Assembly (NCBI RefSeq): GCF_024700885.2
Contig: NZ_CP117016.1
Reading direction: 5' to 3' (one strand)
DNA length: 64,000 nucleotides
DNA from: Escherichia coli
GTDB taxonomy: Bacteria > Pseudomonadota > Gammaproteobacteria > Enterobacterales > Enterobacteriaceae
Numbering within the stretch: position 1 is the stretch's first letter; every line of letters starts with the position of its first letter. A program made the translations under genes and the position numbers. The notes beneath the pieces were generated by a model. It saw nothing but the letters and a program-made list of their open reading frames with translations, was not told the DNA's origin and searched no databases. Below are positions 35,054 to 46,504 of the stretch, piece after piece.

Positions 35054-36339
35054 TTCGCTGTTTCCTCACTCACAATTCGGTTCACCAGGCGGCCCACGCC
35101 TTCTACTTCCACTACTACTTCATCGCCAGGCACCACGTCAGATAAGCCTTTTGGTGTGCCGGTGGCGATCATGTCGCCCGGATTCAGGGTCATAAATTCG
35201 CTTAAGTAGGCGATCAGGAAGGGCACGCTGAAGATCAGATCGGCGGTGGTGCCTTTCTGGCGTAACTCGCCGTTGACGAAGGTGCGAAGGGTCAGATTAT
35301 GCGGGTCCGGGATCGCCTCTTTCGGCACGATGGTTGAAAGCATCGGCGTCAGTCCGTCGCGGCTTTTTACCCGCAGGTTAGGGCGGTAGTAGTTTTCCAG
35401 ATAGTCGCGAATGGCGTAGTCGTTACACACGGTGTAGCCCGCGACATAATCCATAGCATCGGCTTCGCTGACGTTACGCGCCTGCTTGCCAATCACCACC
35501 ACCAGCTCCGCTTCGTAGTGCATATACTCAATATTGTTCGGGCGCACGGAGGTCTGGTTATCGCCAGTGAGGGTATTCGGCGCTTTCAGGAACACCAGCG
35601 GTTCTTCCGGTGGCTTAAATTCCAGTTCGCTGGCGTGGTCGGCGTAGTTCAGGCCGAGGGCAAACAGCGTGCCGTGCGGGTGTGGCTGCGTTGGGAAGCT
35701 CTTGCGCGTGGTCACTTCACGTTCGTCCACTACCGGATTTTCCAGTGGCGGGAAACCTTCAGCGAGAACACGAACGCGATCGCCTGGCTGTATTTCCACG
35801 CGCGCCTGTGGCGTGCCGAGCAGAATGGCATCGCCTGGATTCAGCGTGGCAAATTCGCTCAGAGCGCTCAGCAACTGCGCGGCATTACGTTGTAAATCGG
35901 CGGTGTTCCAGTGATCGGCAGGACGTCCGTTGATCTCGGTATAGATGGTCAGATTATCGACATTGCTGAGAGCCACGGTTTCGCCAATGGGGCAGAATCC
36001 ATCACGACATTTTGCTTTGATTGCCGGGCGGTAAAAGCTCTCTTCCGGCAGGCTGACGTCGTTAGCCAGCGCATATCCGGCGATGTACTCTGCTGCATCT
36101 TCTTCACGTACTTTCGTCGCCGTTTTTCCCACAATCAGCGCAACAGTCGCACCGCTCAGTACCTTTTCACCCTGTGGAAAGGGAATCGGTTCACCGCAAC
36201 CAATCACCGTATTGCGCGGTTTAATAAACCAGACCGCAGTTTTAGGCGGGGCTTTGTAGGGGGATTGCTGGAACGCTTCCTGCCATGCATCAAGTTGGCT
36301 GCGATGGTTCAACGCTACGGCGAAGATAGTGCCTTTCAT
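35050..36339 (-). CDS. hpaG: Bifunctional 5-oxopent-3-ene-1,2,5-tricarboxylate decarboxylase / 2-hydroxyhepta-2,4-diene-1,7-dioate isomerase (duplicated FAH-fold)
   Basis: Internally duplicated approx 430-aa protein; ORF 35050-36345, start likely MKGTIFAV. Confidence 0.85.
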   Translation of the reverse strand: MKGTIFAVALNHRSQLDAWQEAFQQSPYKAPPKTAVWFIKPRNTVIGCGEPIPFPQGEKVLSGATVALIVGKTATKVREEDAAEYIAGYALANDVSLPEESFYRPAIKAKCRDGFCPIGETVALSNVDNLTIYTEINGRPADHWNTADLQRNAAQLLSALSEFATLNPGDAILLGTPQARVEIQPGDRVRVLAEGFPPLENPVVDEREVTTRKSFPTQPHPHGTLFALGLNYADHASELEFKPPEEPLVFLKAPNTLTGDNQTSVRPNNIEYMHYEAELVVVIGKQARNVSEADAMDYVAGYTVCNDYAIRDYLENYYRPNLRVKSRDGLTPMLSTIVPKEAIPDPHNLTLRTFVNGELRQKGTTADLIFSVPFLIAYLSEFMTLNPGDMIATGTPKGLSDVVPGDEVVVEVEGVGRLVNRIVSEETAK

Positions 36340-36345
36340 TACCAC

Positions 36346-36610
36346 TCCTCGGATTCGATCATCTTAATCATTAATATGTTAATGATTACTTTTATTCCCG
36401 ATTGCGTAGTTTGGCAAAAGTAAGTGATGTAAATGTGATCTAATTAACAAACTATTTACATTTAAAGATAATAAAATATTAAATATCAGTAAGTTAACAA
36501 AACATGCTCAATTTTGATAAAATGAAGAATTGCAGGGGCAGCGCAGTCCCGGTAACGTGATGATTAACTGTTTCTATATTAATGATTTTGAATTTTTCAG
36601 GGGGAAGATA
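36346..36610. promoter_or_regulatory. Divergent hpaG / hpaR promoter-operator region
   Basis: AT-rich intergenic region between divergent hpaG operon and hpaR; function from known hpa cluster organisation; no site mapped here. Confidence 0.5.
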
Positions 36611-37057
36611 ATGCACGACTCACTAACCATTGCGTTGCTCCAGGCGCGAGAAGCGGCGATGAGTTATTTTCGCCCAATCGTTAAACGGCATAATTTGACA
36701 GAGCAACAGTGGCGCATCGTGCGTATTCTGGCGGAAAGCCCATCAATGGATTTTCACGATCTGGCGTATCGCGCCTGCATTTTGCGCCCAAGCCTGACCG
36801 GGATCCTCACGCGGATGGAACGCGACGGTTTAGTGTTGCGATTAAAGCCGATCAATGATCAGCGGAAGCTCTATATCTCGCTGACCAAAGAGGGGCAGGC
36901 CCTGTATAACCGCGCTCAGACACAGATTGAAGAAGCCTATCGGCAGATTGAAGCTCAGTTTACTGCCGAGAAAATGCAACAGTTAACCCATCTGTTAGAG
37001 GAATTTATTGCTCTGGGTAATTCCCGACAAGAAGACATTCCGGGCGATAATGAATAA
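36611..37057 (+). CDS. hpaR: MarR-family repressor of the hpa meta-cleavage operon
   Basis: 148-aa MarR-type protein; start at MHDSLTIALLQ, preceded by a ggggaag RBS-like motif. Confidence 0.85.
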   Translation: MHDSLTIALLQAREAAMSYFRPIVKRHNLTEQQWRIVRILAESPSMDFHDLAYRACILRPSLTGILTRMERDGLVLRLKPINDQRKLYISLTKEGQALYNRAQTQIEEAYRQIEAQFTAEKMQQLTHLLEEFIALGNSRQEDIPGDNE

Positions 37058-37175
37058 CTTTTTAGTATCTGATAACCAGCATCTGGTTTTTCCATGGATG
37101 GCGGGTTACACCTTTTCATAAAGTTTTTGCTTTCCAGGCCGAAAATCTTGCATCGGTCCACAGGAAAGAGAAACC

Positions 37176-38840
37176 ATGTTAAAACGTATCAAAATTGTGA
37201 CCAGCTTACTGCTGGTTTTGGCCGTTTTTGGCCTTTTACAACTGACATCAGGCGGTCTGTTCTTTAATGCCTTAAAGAATGACAAAGAAAATTTCACTGT
37301 TTTACAAACCATTCGCCAGCAGCAATCCACGCTGAATGGCAGCTGGGTCGCGTTGTTGCAGACGCGTAACACCCTCAACCGCGCGGGTATCCGCTACATG
37401 ATGGATCAGAATAATATTGGTAGCGGTTCAACCGTTGCTGAGCTGATGCAGAGTGCCAGTATTTCGCTGAAACAGGCGGAAAAAAACTGGGCGGATTACG
37501 AAGCGTTGCCGCGTGACCCGCGTCAGAGCACCGCCGCAGCGGCAGAGATCAAACGTAATTACGATATTTATCACAATGCGCTGGCGGAGCTGATCCAACT
37601 GTTAGGTGCAGGCAAAATCAACGAGTTCTTTGATCAGCCGACCCAGGGATATCAGGACGGTTTCGAGAAGCAGTATGTGGCTTACATGGAGCAAAACGAT
37701 CGGCTCTATGATATCGCCGTCAGCGATAATAATGCCTCCTACAGCCAGGCGATGTGGATTCTGGTGGGCGTGATGATCGTCGTACTGGCGGTCATCTTCG
37801 CCGTCTGGTTCGGTATTAAAGCCTCGTTGGTAGCGCCAATGAATCGCCTGATTGACAGCATTCGTCATATTGCAGGCGGCGATCTGGTGAAACCGATTGA
37901 GGTGGATGGCTCTAATGAGATGGGGCAACTGGCAGAGAGTTTGCGCCATATGCAGGGAGAGCTGATGCGTACCGTCGGTGATGTGCGCAACGGGGCCAAT
38001 GCCATTTATAGCGGTGCCAGCGAAATCGCTACCGGCAATAACGATCTCTCTTCGCGCACCGAGCAACAGGCCGCTTCGCTGGAAGAGACGGCAGCCAGCA
38101 TGGAGCAACTGACCGCAACGGTGAAACAGAACGCCGAGAATGCGCGCCAGGCCAGCCACCTGGCGTTAAGTGCTTCTGAAACGGCGCAACGCGGCGGCAA
38201 AGTGGTAGATAACGTGGTGCAGACTATGCGCGATATCTCCACCAGTTCGCAGAAAATCGCCGATATTATCAGCGTAATTGACGGTATTGCCTTCCAGACC
38301 AATATTCTGGCTTTGAACGCGGCGGTTGAAGCAGCGCGCGCGGGTGAGCAAGGGCGCGGTTTTGCGGTGGTCGCGGGCGAAGTGCGTAATCTGGCCCAGC
38401 GCAGCGCCCAGGCGGCTCGCGAAATTAAAAGCCTGATTGAAGACTCGGTGGGGAAAGTGGATGTTGACTCTACGCTGGTCGAAAGCGCCGGGGAAACAAT
38501 GGCGGAGATTGTCAGTGCTGTGACCCGCGTGACGGACATTATGGGCGAAATAGCTTCTGCTTCTGATGAGCAGAGCCGTGGTATCGATCAGGTTGGCTTA
38601 GCGGTCGCTGAGATGGACCGGGTAACTCAACAGAACGCTGCGCTGGTGGAAGAATCTGCCGCTGCCGCCGCCGCGCTGGAAGAGCAGGCCAGTCGCCTGA
38701 CCGAAGCTGTGGCAGTGTTCCGGATTCAGCAACAGCAGCAACATCAGCGTGAAACATCGGCTGTGGTAAAAACCGTGACGCCAGCTGCGCCGCGTAAAAT
38801 GGCCGTAGCAGATAGCGGGGAGAACTGGGAAACGTTTTAA
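37176..38840 (+). CDS. tsr: Methyl-accepting chemotaxis protein I (serine sensor)
   Basis: Two TM segments, HAMP, methylation helices, C-terminal NWETF pentapeptide. Confidence 0.9.
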   Translation: MLKRIKIVTSLLLVLAVFGLLQLTSGGLFFNALKNDKENFTVLQTIRQQQSTLNGSWVALLQTRNTLNRAGIRYMMDQNNIGSGSTVAELMQSASISLKQAEKNWADYEALPRDPRQSTAAAAEIKRNYDIYHNALAELIQLLGAGKINEFFDQPTQGYQDGFEKQYVAYMEQNDRLYDIAVSDNNASYSQAMWILVGVMIVVLAVIFAVWFGIKASLVAPMNRLIDSIRHIAGGDLVKPIEVDGSNEMGQLAESLRHMQGELMRTVGDVRNGANAIYSGASEIATGNNDLSSRTEQQAASLEETAASMEQLTATVKQNAENARQASHLALSASETAQRGGKVVDNVVQTMRDISTSSQKIADIISVIDGIAFQTNILALNAAVEAARAGEQGRGFAVVAGEVRNLAQRSAQAAREIKSLIEDSVGKVDVDSTLVESAGETMAEIVSAVTRVTDIMGEIASASDEQSRGIDQVGLAVAEMDRVTQQNAALVEESAAAAAALEEQASRLTEAVAVFRIQQQQQHQRETSAVVKTVTPAAPRKMAVADSGENWETF

Positions 38841-38853
38841 TCGCCATAAAAAT

Positions 38854-38879
38854 GCCCGATAAGCAAAATGTTATCGGGC
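38854..38879. terminator. Bidirectional hairpin (gcccgataa..ttatcgggc) between convergent tsr and lgoT
   Basis: Inverted repeat read directly; a T-run follows on the minus strand. Confidence 0.5.
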
Positions 38880-38888
38880 ATAGGGAGT

Positions 38889-40250
38889 TTAATCTTTACG
38901 CGGGTCGTTGATCGGCTGACGAACCAGGAAGATGTACGCCAGTGCCCCCGCTGCGGTGACGCAACCGCAGATGATTAGTGCCAGACGGAATGAGTGGGTG
39001 GTATCAACAATAAAACCAGTAATGATCGGCGCGAAAGAGGCGCAGATGAAGCTGGCAAAGTTCTGGATACTGCCCACCGACGCCGTCATGCGAGAAGCAA
39101 CTGCGACGTGGATCAAGCCCCAGCAGGATGTTCCGGCAAAGTGAATACAAAACAGTGCCATGCCAATCAGCAGAACCGCTGTCATGGATGTTGTCGCTTG
39201 CGGTACGACCAGCGTAAAGGCGGCAGAACAGAACATCCCGGCAATAATGCAGATCTTACGGCTTTTAATCGGAGCCATTCCCCCTTTGACCAGCCAGTCG
39301 GTAACGTAACCGTTGACCAGCATCCCGGCAGCCCCAAACAGGAAAGGGATAGCAGCCATCAATCCTGTGCTTTTTAAATCCAGGTTATAGGCTGTTTGCA
39401 GGTAACCAGGAAGCCAGGCCAGATACAGCCACGCAGTGTAGTTGATGCCACTGAATCCGAGCATCATTCCCCACATTGTGCGGTTACGGAACAGGCTGCG
39501 CCATTCGGCAAAACTGAGCGGATCTCGGCGGGCATTGACGCTACCTGCATTGAGATAAGCTTGTTCAACGGCAGTCAGTTCTACGTGCTCGCGGTTGCGA
39601 TAGAGCATATACCAGCCGATGGCGAGAAAAATCCCCAGTACACCAATGGTAATAAACATCCCGCGCCAGCCCATCACCAGCATCATCGCCGCCAGAATCG
39701 GTGGGCTTACGGCAACGCCAATGGTAGAAGCTGCGTTGAAGAAGCCCATCGGGCGTCCGCGCTCTTTGATGTTGAACCAGTCGTTAATGACTTTTACACC
39801 GCATGGGTTCATCGGCGCTTCACCAATCCCCATACCGATACGCACCAACACGAACTGCGTAAAGCTGTGAACCATGCCAGACATTGCCTGGAACAGTGAC
39901 CAGAAGAACATCCCCAGTCCCAGCATCAGGCGTGGGCCTTTACGATCCAATAGTGGGCCGCAAGGAAGTTGCGCAATGCCGTAAGCGAGTGAAAACACGG
40001 AGAGCAAAGCGCCGATTTCGGTGGCACTTAATCCCAATTCTTCACGAATTGTTAAATTTGCTACCGACAGCGAACTGCGGTCGAGATAATTGATTACCGC
40101 CGCAAAAAATAATAACAACATGGCGGTGGTTTGAATGCGTTTAATTCGGGTGCTGCGTTGAACTAATCCATCTGGTGGCACGGGAATATCTGCCGACGAA
40201 GATGGAGTAAATGAAGAACGCGGATCGAGGGTGATATTTTCTTTTTCCAC
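38889..40250 (-). CDS. lgoT: L-galactonate:H+ symporter (MFS)
   Basis: 453-aa MFS protein; synteny (yjjL). Confidence 0.8.
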   Translation of the reverse strand: MEKENITLDPRSSFTPSSSADIPVPPDGLVQRSTRIKRIQTTAMLLLFFAAVINYLDRSSLSVANLTIREELGLSATEIGALLSVFSLAYGIAQLPCGPLLDRKGPRLMLGLGMFFWSLFQAMSGMVHSFTQFVLVRIGMGIGEAPMNPCGVKVINDWFNIKERGRPMGFFNAASTIGVAVSPPILAAMMLVMGWRGMFITIGVLGIFLAIGWYMLYRNREHVELTAVEQAYLNAGSVNARRDPLSFAEWRSLFRNRTMWGMMLGFSGINYTAWLYLAWLPGYLQTAYNLDLKSTGLMAAIPFLFGAAGMLVNGYVTDWLVKGGMAPIKSRKICIIAGMFCSAAFTLVVPQATTSMTAVLLIGMALFCIHFAGTSCWGLIHVAVASRMTASVGSIQNFASFICASFAPIITGFIVDTTHSFRLALIICGCVTAAGALAYIFLVRQPINDPRKD

Positions 40251-40464
40251 GCCGGACTCCTGTATTTATAATTTTAATTGTTTACGTAATTGTGCATTAC
40301 GCAAGGTTGACATTAACGGCAGGTTAAAGTTTTAGGACTTTACTACCGCTCACAAAAACATTTTTAGTCGACTGATTGTGAGCATAGGTAAGCGGGAATT
40401 TCCCGGTATTTATCTTTTGATAAAACCGTGCACCCGCTAATAGTTTGCTGTTTTTAATCCGTAC

Positions 40465-41379
40465 TTAATGAGCATAACGCGTGTTCTCATTAATGGATCG
40501 AATCATTGATTGTTTAGCTGAATTCAAATGGTTACGGAGCGCAAGGGTGGCATCCAGGTCACTGCGGCAAATCAGAGCACTGAGAATGGTCATATGTTCA
40601 TCGACGGCAATGATATTGCGCTGTTTAAGATCGCTTTCGTCCCATTGATAGTGAAAATGAAAGATGACTGAGATGATCTCAAGCGATTGATCAAAAAAGA
40701 TATTGTCGGCAGCTGAAAGCAGTAAGGAGTGAAAATCTCTGTCAAGTTGCGAGAACATGCGAAAGCTATTGCCGATGTTGTCACGCAGTAGCCGATGACG
40801 TTCGAGCATGGTTTTCGCCTGCAGCCAGCGAGGATCATGATCAGGCAGGTTGAGAAAGTGCTGAAGTGAATGAGTTTCGAGCATTTCGCGTAGCTCAAAC
40901 AGCTGCTCAGCGTAGGATTGATCGAATTGCTTCATGCTCCACTGGCCGCGCTTTTCGCTTTGAATAAGATTATAACGGCCGAATTTTAAAAGATATTCTC
41001 TTACTACAACCGGGCTGACACCCGCGGCCCGAGCCAGTTGCAGTTCAGAAAAAGTTTCCCCAGGGCGTAACTGGCGCTGGTTTATCATCGTGAAAAAAGC
41101 CTGCTCAAACACTTTGTTTTGTTCACTCATTGAAGCGGTAGTACAGGCGAAACCGTCATCATGGTCAGGTTTACGCGCAATAACATAGTCGTTTCCAACC
41201 TGCGTTAAGACGCCGCATTCGCGTAAGTGGCTGAGAATATGACGCACTGTAGTGCGGCTGATGTTGTACATTTCCGCCAGCGCACTTTGCGATGGAAGTG
41301 GGGAAGGGATATGACCCCGCGCCATATCATCAATGACCTGGTTAATCACATTGTGGCGTAAATTTTGTGAACGACTCAT
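40465..41379 (-). CDS. lgoR: GntR-family regulator of L-galactonate catabolism
   Basis: 304 aa, N-terminal HTH; synteny (yjjM). Confidence 0.8.
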   Translation of the reverse strand: MSRSQNLRHNVINQVIDDMARGHIPSPLPSQSALAEMYNISRTTVRHILSHLRECGVLTQVGNDYVIARKPDHDDGFACTTASMSEQNKVFEQAFFTMINQRQLRPGETFSELQLARAAGVSPVVVREYLLKFGRYNLIQSEKRGQWSMKQFDQSYAEQLFELREMLETHSLQHFLNLPDHDPRWLQAKTMLERHRLLRDNIGNSFRMFSQLDRDFHSLLLSAADNIFFDQSLEIISVIFHFHYQWDESDLKQRNIIAVDEHMTILSALICRSDLDATLALRNHLNSAKQSMIRSINENTRYAH

Positions 41380-41517
41380 ATTTTCCTCCTTGTGAGCCCA
41401 TTAAAACCCGATTTAAAACATTTTTATGCGTGTGTTTTCACAAAACAGATTTTCCGTTCCGCTGCCATTTTTCATTTTCATTGATATCTAAGGCAACAAA
41501 AAATGGAGAGCCGAATC

Positions 41518-42540
41518 ATGTCTACGATGAATGTTTTAATTTGCCAGCAGCCGAAAGAATTAGTCTGGAAACAACGCGAGATACCTATTCCGGGTGACAA
41601 TGAAGCATTAATAAAAATTAAGTCAGTCGGCATTTGTGGTACCGATATTCATGCCTGGGGTGGGAATCAACCATTTTTTAGTTATCCACGCGTTTTAGGC
41701 CATGAAATATGTGGGGAGATTGTTGGGCTGGGTAAAAATATTGCAAATCTTAAAAATGGACAGCAAGTAGCGGTGATCCCTTATGTTGCCTGTCAGCAAT
41801 GCCCGGCGTGTAAAAGCGGGCGTACCAATTGCTGTGAAAAAATTTCAGTCATTGGCGTGCATCAGGATGGCGGTTTTAGTGAGTATTTGAGCGTGCCGGT
41901 GGCGAACATTTTGCCCGCAGATGGTATTGACCCGCAGGCGGCAGCATTAATTGAACCTTTCGCTATTAGCGCTCATGCGGTGCGTCGCGCAGCCATTGCT
42001 CCCGGCGAGCAGGTGCTGGTGGTCGGGGCGGGGCCAATCGGTCTGGGCGCGGCGGCAATCGCTAAAGCCGATGGCGCACAGGTGGTGGTGGCGGATACCA
42101 GTCCGGCGCGCCGTGAACATGTGGCAACGCGTCTGGAATTACCTGTACTGGACCCGTCAGCCGAAGATTTTGACGCGCAGCTGCGGGCGCAGTTTGGTGG
42201 TTCGCTGGCGCAGAAAGTGATCGACGCGACAGGTAATCAACATGCGATGAATAACACCGTGAATCTGATTCGTCACGGCGGCACGGTGGTATTTGTCGGT
42301 CTGTTTAAAGGTGAGTTGCAGTTCTCCGATCCGGAATTCCATAAAAAAGAAACGACGATGATGGGTAGCCGCAACGCCACGCCGGAAGATTTCGCTAAAG
42401 TCGGTCGACTGATGGCGGAAGGGAAAATCACTGCCGACATGATGTTAACCCATCGCTATCCGTTCGCCACGCTGGCAGAAACCTACGAGCGCGATGTGAT
42501 TAACAATCGTGAGTTGATTAAGGGTGTAATTACTTTCTGA
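41518..42540 (+). CDS. lgoD: L-galactonate-5-dehydrogenase (Zn-dependent MDR family)
   Basis: Zn-ADH motifs (GHE, GxGxxG); ORF from 41503, start at MSTMNVLI; synteny (yjjN). Confidence 0.8.
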   Translation: MSTMNVLICQQPKELVWKQREIPIPGDNEALIKIKSVGICGTDIHAWGGNQPFFSYPRVLGHEICGEIVGLGKNIANLKNGQQVAVIPYVACQQCPACKSGRTNCCEKISVIGVHQDGGFSEYLSVPVANILPADGIDPQAAALIEPFAISAHAVRRAAIAPGEQVLVVGAGPIGLGAAAIAKADGAQVVVADTSPARREHVATRLELPVLDPSAEDFDAQLRAQFGGSLAQKVIDATGNQHAMNNTVNLIRHGGTVVFVGLFKGELQFSDPEFHKKETTMMGSRNATPEDFAKVGRLMAEGKITADMMLTHRYPFATLAETYERDVINNRELIKGVITF

Positions 42541-42566
42541 TAAGGCGAGATTATTAAAGTTGCCAT

Positions 42567-42602
42567 GCAGCGTCCGGGGAAGTGTTGGGCGCTGTTTTTT
42601 TT
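42567..42602 (+). terminator. Intrinsic terminator downstream of lgoD (short stem followed by T8)
   Basis: cagcg..cgctg stem followed by tttttttt, read directly. Confidence 0.45.
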
Positions 42603-42677
42603 GTTTCTTAATAGTGTGTTGTAAGCCGGAGAAGGCGTGTAGGTCGCACCTTATGCGACCTACACATCAGTCAGGAA

Positions 42678-44969
42678 TTACCCTTCACGTTCTACCACTT
42701 TAATTTCCACCATGCCGATCCCGAGCTTACGCGGCGAGTGTCCGAGGATATTCCCTTCGTTGGTTGAGACAGGTTCCGGCGGCACAATTACCAGCGTGTC
42801 GGCATCGGTTGGGTTATCGAAATGCAGCGTGGTGGTGGTCACTTCATTGCCCAGCACAAGAGTTTGTTCTTCATTGCCTACGCGTACCGGAATAGGACGG
42901 CTGGCGTTATTGCCGTATGCTTTGGCGGTAATCACCAGGTCAAATTTCTTCGGCAGCGGATGCTTGTACTCGATTTTTACTTCGTCGCCCAGTTGCGCGT
43001 TGGACCAGCGGCCCCACGACTCCGGACGGGAAATCCCGCTAAACTGTTTCACCTCTTCTGGCGCACCGGCGACGTTAAAGATGAAACTGTCGGCTTTGTA
43101 GCGAATATCGTTATCAACAATCTTCAGCGTATCGACATTGCCTTTGTAACGCGCCATGTCGATGACCGTATCTTTAAATGCCGTTTTGCCCTTCCACATT
43201 GTTTTATCAACATGCTGGACAATTTGCTGACCGCCAAGCTGCCCTTGCGAGACACACCAGTCGGTGGAGAGTGCCAGTTCCGGAGCCCAAAGTTGTGCCA
43301 TCTTGTAGCAACGGTCAACCCAGACGAAATTGTCGCGTGGAGCGAAATCGGCCAGCTGGAAACGCAGCGGTGCTGAGTATTCGCTTTCCGGCAGCGGTTC
43401 CACGCGTTTGTCTGAAACCCGCAACAGCAGCGGCAAACGGAAATGGCTACCCGAGAAGGCAATCATGTTTTTCTGCTGGTCGATGGTGAACTCTTTCATC
43501 TCTTTAGGGAATTTCCACAGGCGGATGATATCCGGCTTCCACGCCAATGTTTTCTCTTTGATATTGAGGAAGATTTCCGACATTGACTGCCCGGATAAAC
43601 TGCTACGACCAAGTCCGAGATAGTTATCGCCACCGAGAATGTCCAGCACCGTCGCGCCGTTATCCATCGTGTTACGCTTCACCGCCAGCGTCTCTTGCTG
43701 CGGCTTGTCGCCACGGATGACAAAAAACAGGTTATTGCGATCCTGTTTATTAAGGTATTTCCACGCCGTGTTGTTCATCGCTAAATGGTCAGAAGAGACG
43801 ACGATGACGGTATCTTTAAACCACGGTGACGCTTTGATTTTGTTGATAAACGTCGCGATATTCTCCTGGCTGCAACTTACCGCGCTGAATGACTGATTCG
43901 GCTTACCGTCAAAATCATATTTTTTGCGGTTACAGGTACGCGAGATAAAACCATCCGGGTGATGGGTATCGACTGTCAGGGTAAACAGTGAGAATCGCTG
44001 ACCTGAGCGGGAAAGCTCTTCAAACTTTTTCCACGCTTCATCGAGAACGGTATCGTCGTAGAATCCCCAGTCGTTGCGATAGTGCGGGTCGGCTACCACG
44101 CTTTTCAGCTCTTCTGAGCCGTATAAGTGGTCGAAGCCATGCGACTTCAGGAACACATCTTTACCGGCAAAACGCAGATTTGCGCCCTGCACGAAATAGT
44201 TCTGATAACCCGAGTTTTTCAGGATATCTCCCAGACAGATGTTCTGCGGGAAGAAGCTGGAGACAGAGGCGGAGGCGTTGCCTTCAAAGGGGGCAAACAG
44301 CGGTATGCCGCACTGAGAAGCCACCATGCCCGCAATCGTGTAATCCGTTCCTGGCAGCTGCTGCGTGTGGCTGAAATCCAGGCCTTCATTTTTCAACGCG
44401 CCCAGTTCAGGCGTGAGATCCGGGAAAGCCTCGTTATCAAAATAGGTCCGCTCGAGACTTTCGCCGTAGATATAAACCAGGTTGAGTTTCGGGTCAGGGA
44501 TAGTTTTCGACGGCTCTTTATAATAAGCCGCAAAGTCCGGGTCGCCGTCGCGTGACTGGGATTTCACTAGTTCCGTTATCTGACGAAATGCCGGGCTGGC
44601 ATCCACTGAACCCAGCGCCAGTAAGAGTGCCAGCAGGCTGTAACCAAAATGGTGCGGATGATGGCGACGACGGCGCAGGATCCAGCCCAGCGCACCGAAC
44701 ACCGCCGTCAGCCCCAGCACAATGCCGATACCAGGCAGGATGTATTTACTGACACCAGCACCGGTCAGGCTGTTGGTTAAGGTATAGAGAACCGCGTCGT
44801 TAATACCATCGCCAGTAAAATAGTCGCTGGCAAACAGGGTGATATTTAAAACGACAAATAGCCCCAGTACCGTTAATGTGGCTGCAAACCACCAGGTGTT
44901 ACGTCCCGCTTTCCATGCGTAAATCAGCACAGAGGCGAGAAAAAGGGCGAAAGAGAGTAGTTCTGACAA
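42678..44969 (-). CDS. opgB: Phosphoglycerol transferase I (OPG biosynthesis)
   Basis: 763 aa, N-terminal TM segments plus sulfatase-like domain; synteny. Confidence 0.9.
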   Translation of the reverse strand: MSELLSFALFLASVLIYAWKAGRNTWWFAATLTVLGLFVVLNITLFASDYFTGDGINDAVLYTLTNSLTGAGVSKYILPGIGIVLGLTAVFGALGWILRRRRHHPHHFGYSLLALLLALGSVDASPAFRQITELVKSQSRDGDPDFAAYYKEPSKTIPDPKLNLVYIYGESLERTYFDNEAFPDLTPELGALKNEGLDFSHTQQLPGTDYTIAGMVASQCGIPLFAPFEGNASASVSSFFPQNICLGDILKNSGYQNYFVQGANLRFAGKDVFLKSHGFDHLYGSEELKSVVADPHYRNDWGFYDDTVLDEAWKKFEELSRSGQRFSLFTLTVDTHHPDGFISRTCNRKKYDFDGKPNQSFSAVSCSQENIATFINKIKASPWFKDTVIVVSSDHLAMNNTAWKYLNKQDRNNLFFVIRGDKPQQETLAVKRNTMDNGATVLDILGGDNYLGLGRSSLSGQSMSEIFLNIKEKTLAWKPDIIRLWKFPKEMKEFTIDQQKNMIAFSGSHFRLPLLLRVSDKRVEPLPESEYSAPLRFQLADFAPRDNFVWVDRCYKMAQLWAPELALSTDWCVSQGQLGGQQIVQHVDKTMWKGKTAFKDTVIDMARYKGNVDTLKIVDNDIRYKADSFIFNVAGAPEEVKQFSGISRPESWGRWSNAQLGDEVKIEYKHPLPKKFDLVITAKAYGNNASRPIPVRVGNEEQTLVLGNEVTTTTLHFDNPTDADTLVIVPPEPVSTNEGNILGHSPRKLGIGMVEIKVVEREG

Positions 44970-45221
44970 CGGGCGATCCTCACTAAACCGGGCCGTTTAG
45001 CCAACGTTTAAGCTTTTTGAGAAGCACAATGTAATGGCGTCGCCATATTGCTGCAATTCTAGTGTCAAAAAAATGCGATGTTGTTAGGAATTAGTTTATA
45101 AACAGACTTTTTTGATTACGGTCGCTTCCCGTGTAACAGGGGAAAACCGTCCAGGAGCAGGGAAAAGGGCAGGAGAGAGCCGCGTCAGCCGGGTAACAGC
45201 TAAAACGCGGCGTTTCGCGGT

Positions 45222-45719
45222 TCAGGAAATGAAGTTCAGCCCCTGCTTTAACACCAGATCGCAGGCTTTGGTTTTCACCTTTTCTGCCAGCGGAGTCGTT
45301 CCGATATTATCCAGATTGAGTTGCTGACCATCTTTAGTTTTCAGCAACCCCTGAATGCCATCCAGATAATTGGTGTCTTCTTTTTGCTCTTCACTGTTCA
45401 GGCCCAGTTTTTCCAGTACCTGATTCTTGATGTTTTCGGCATCGGTTACCGAAGCCAGCTTTTGCTTCGCGCAGTATTGCAGAATGCCTGCGGCATTGTT
45501 CATGTTATCTGCGCTTAAGGCCTGGTTTCCGCTGCTAAGCAAGTTAGTTAATGACGCGAGCGACCAACCGCCTTCCTGTGTCGTGCTGTTTTGGTTGCCA
45601 AGTTCGCTGGCGGCGCTGGAGAGCGCATCTTTCCAGGACGCAGCATGCACCCCGGTGGAAATTAATGCGCTGGCGGCAATGGCACAGCACAGAAGATGTT
45701 TAACAGTTTTCATCATCAT
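45222..45719 (-). CDS. yjjA: DUF2501 periplasmic protein YjjA
   Basis: Signal peptide; about 165 aa; synteny. Confidence 0.75.
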   Translation of the reverse strand: MMMKTVKHLLCCAIAASALISTGVHAASWKDALSSAASELGNQNSTTQEGGWSLASLTNLLSSGNQALSADNMNNAAGILQYCAKQKLASVTDAENIKNQVLEKLGLNSEEQKEDTNYLDGIQGLLKTKDGQQLNLDNIGTTPLAEKVKTKACDLVLKQGLNFIS

Positions 45720-45764
45720 TACTCAAGGTGGAATTGTGTCGCAGTATACCGCCAGAAACGGGGA

Positions 45765-46502
45765 TTAATACTCTTTACCCGTTACCCGGCTACGGTAGCT
45801 ATCCCAGTTGAAGATCACCCACAAACTGTTACCCAGGCGCATACGGTCCATCACGCGTTCGCCCAGCAACTTGGTCATCTCTTCCATATTACTGTTGGTC
45901 AGCATCCCGGTTGGGCGTTTGGAAGAAGAGCGGCGATCGACGATCTGGTTGATGATCACTTTTTCGTATTTCGATTCGGTCTGCACGCCGATCTCATCGA
46001 TCACCAGCAGATCAACGTTGCTCAGATCGTTAAGCAGTTGTTCTTCGCTGGTACCGCTATTCCTGAAGGTATCTTTCATCGCCGACATAATATCGGCCAC
46101 GGTGATGATCAATACGGATTTACCGCGTAGCAGCAGCTCGTTGCAGATTGCCGCCGCCAGATGGTTTTTGCCGGTTCCTGGCTTACCAGAAAAGATGAAG
46201 CTGGCGATGTTGCCGTCAAACTCTTCGACATACTGGCGCGCTTTGCTTAACGCATTCATCTGCCCTTCACACTCAACGCGATAGTTCTCAAAGGAGCAGT
46301 TCTGATGCAGTGGACGAATACCGGAGCGGTTAAAGGTGCGCTGCATTTTCATCGCCCGATTTTCACGTTCGAGAGCGGCGGAGCGGATCGCCCCTTGTTC
46401 TTTCTGCCAGGCCAGTAGTTCTTCACCCGTTTTGAAAGCAGGTTTGATATGGGCAGGCATCATTTTTTGCAGGCGTTGCATCAGGTCGCCAACGTTTTTC
46501 AT
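45765..46502 (-). CDS. dnaC: DNA replication helicase loader DnaC
   Basis: 245 aa, Walker A GKPGTGKNHLAAAI. Confidence 0.9.
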   Translation of the reverse strand: MKNVGDLMQRLQKMMPAHIKPAFKTGEELLAWQKEQGAIRSAALERENRAMKMQRTFNRSGIRPLHQNCSFENYRVECEGQMNALSKARQYVEEFDGNIASFIFSGKPGTGKNHLAAAICNELLLRGKSVLIITVADIMSAMKDTFRNSGTSEEQLLNDLSNVDLLVIDEIGVQTESKYEKVIINQIVDRRSSSKRPTGMLTNSNMEEMTKLLGERVMDRMRLGNSLWVIFNWDSYRSRVTGKEY

Positions 46503-46504
46503 CG

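Noticed and set aside
33983-35209. 408-aa plus-strand ORF
   Set aside because: Antisense to hpaE and hpaG; Arg-rich nonsense-like translation; the minus-strand genes are well supported.
37602-38539. Two minus-strand ORFs of 185 and 177 aa
   Set aside because: Lie inside tsr on the opposite strand; Ala/Ser/Arg-rich translations with no recognisable features.
42611-42665. Palindrome taggtcgcaccttatgcgacctaca downstream of opgB, considered as a REP element
   Set aside because: Has inverted-repeat structure but does not match the REP consensus as I recall it; left uncalled.
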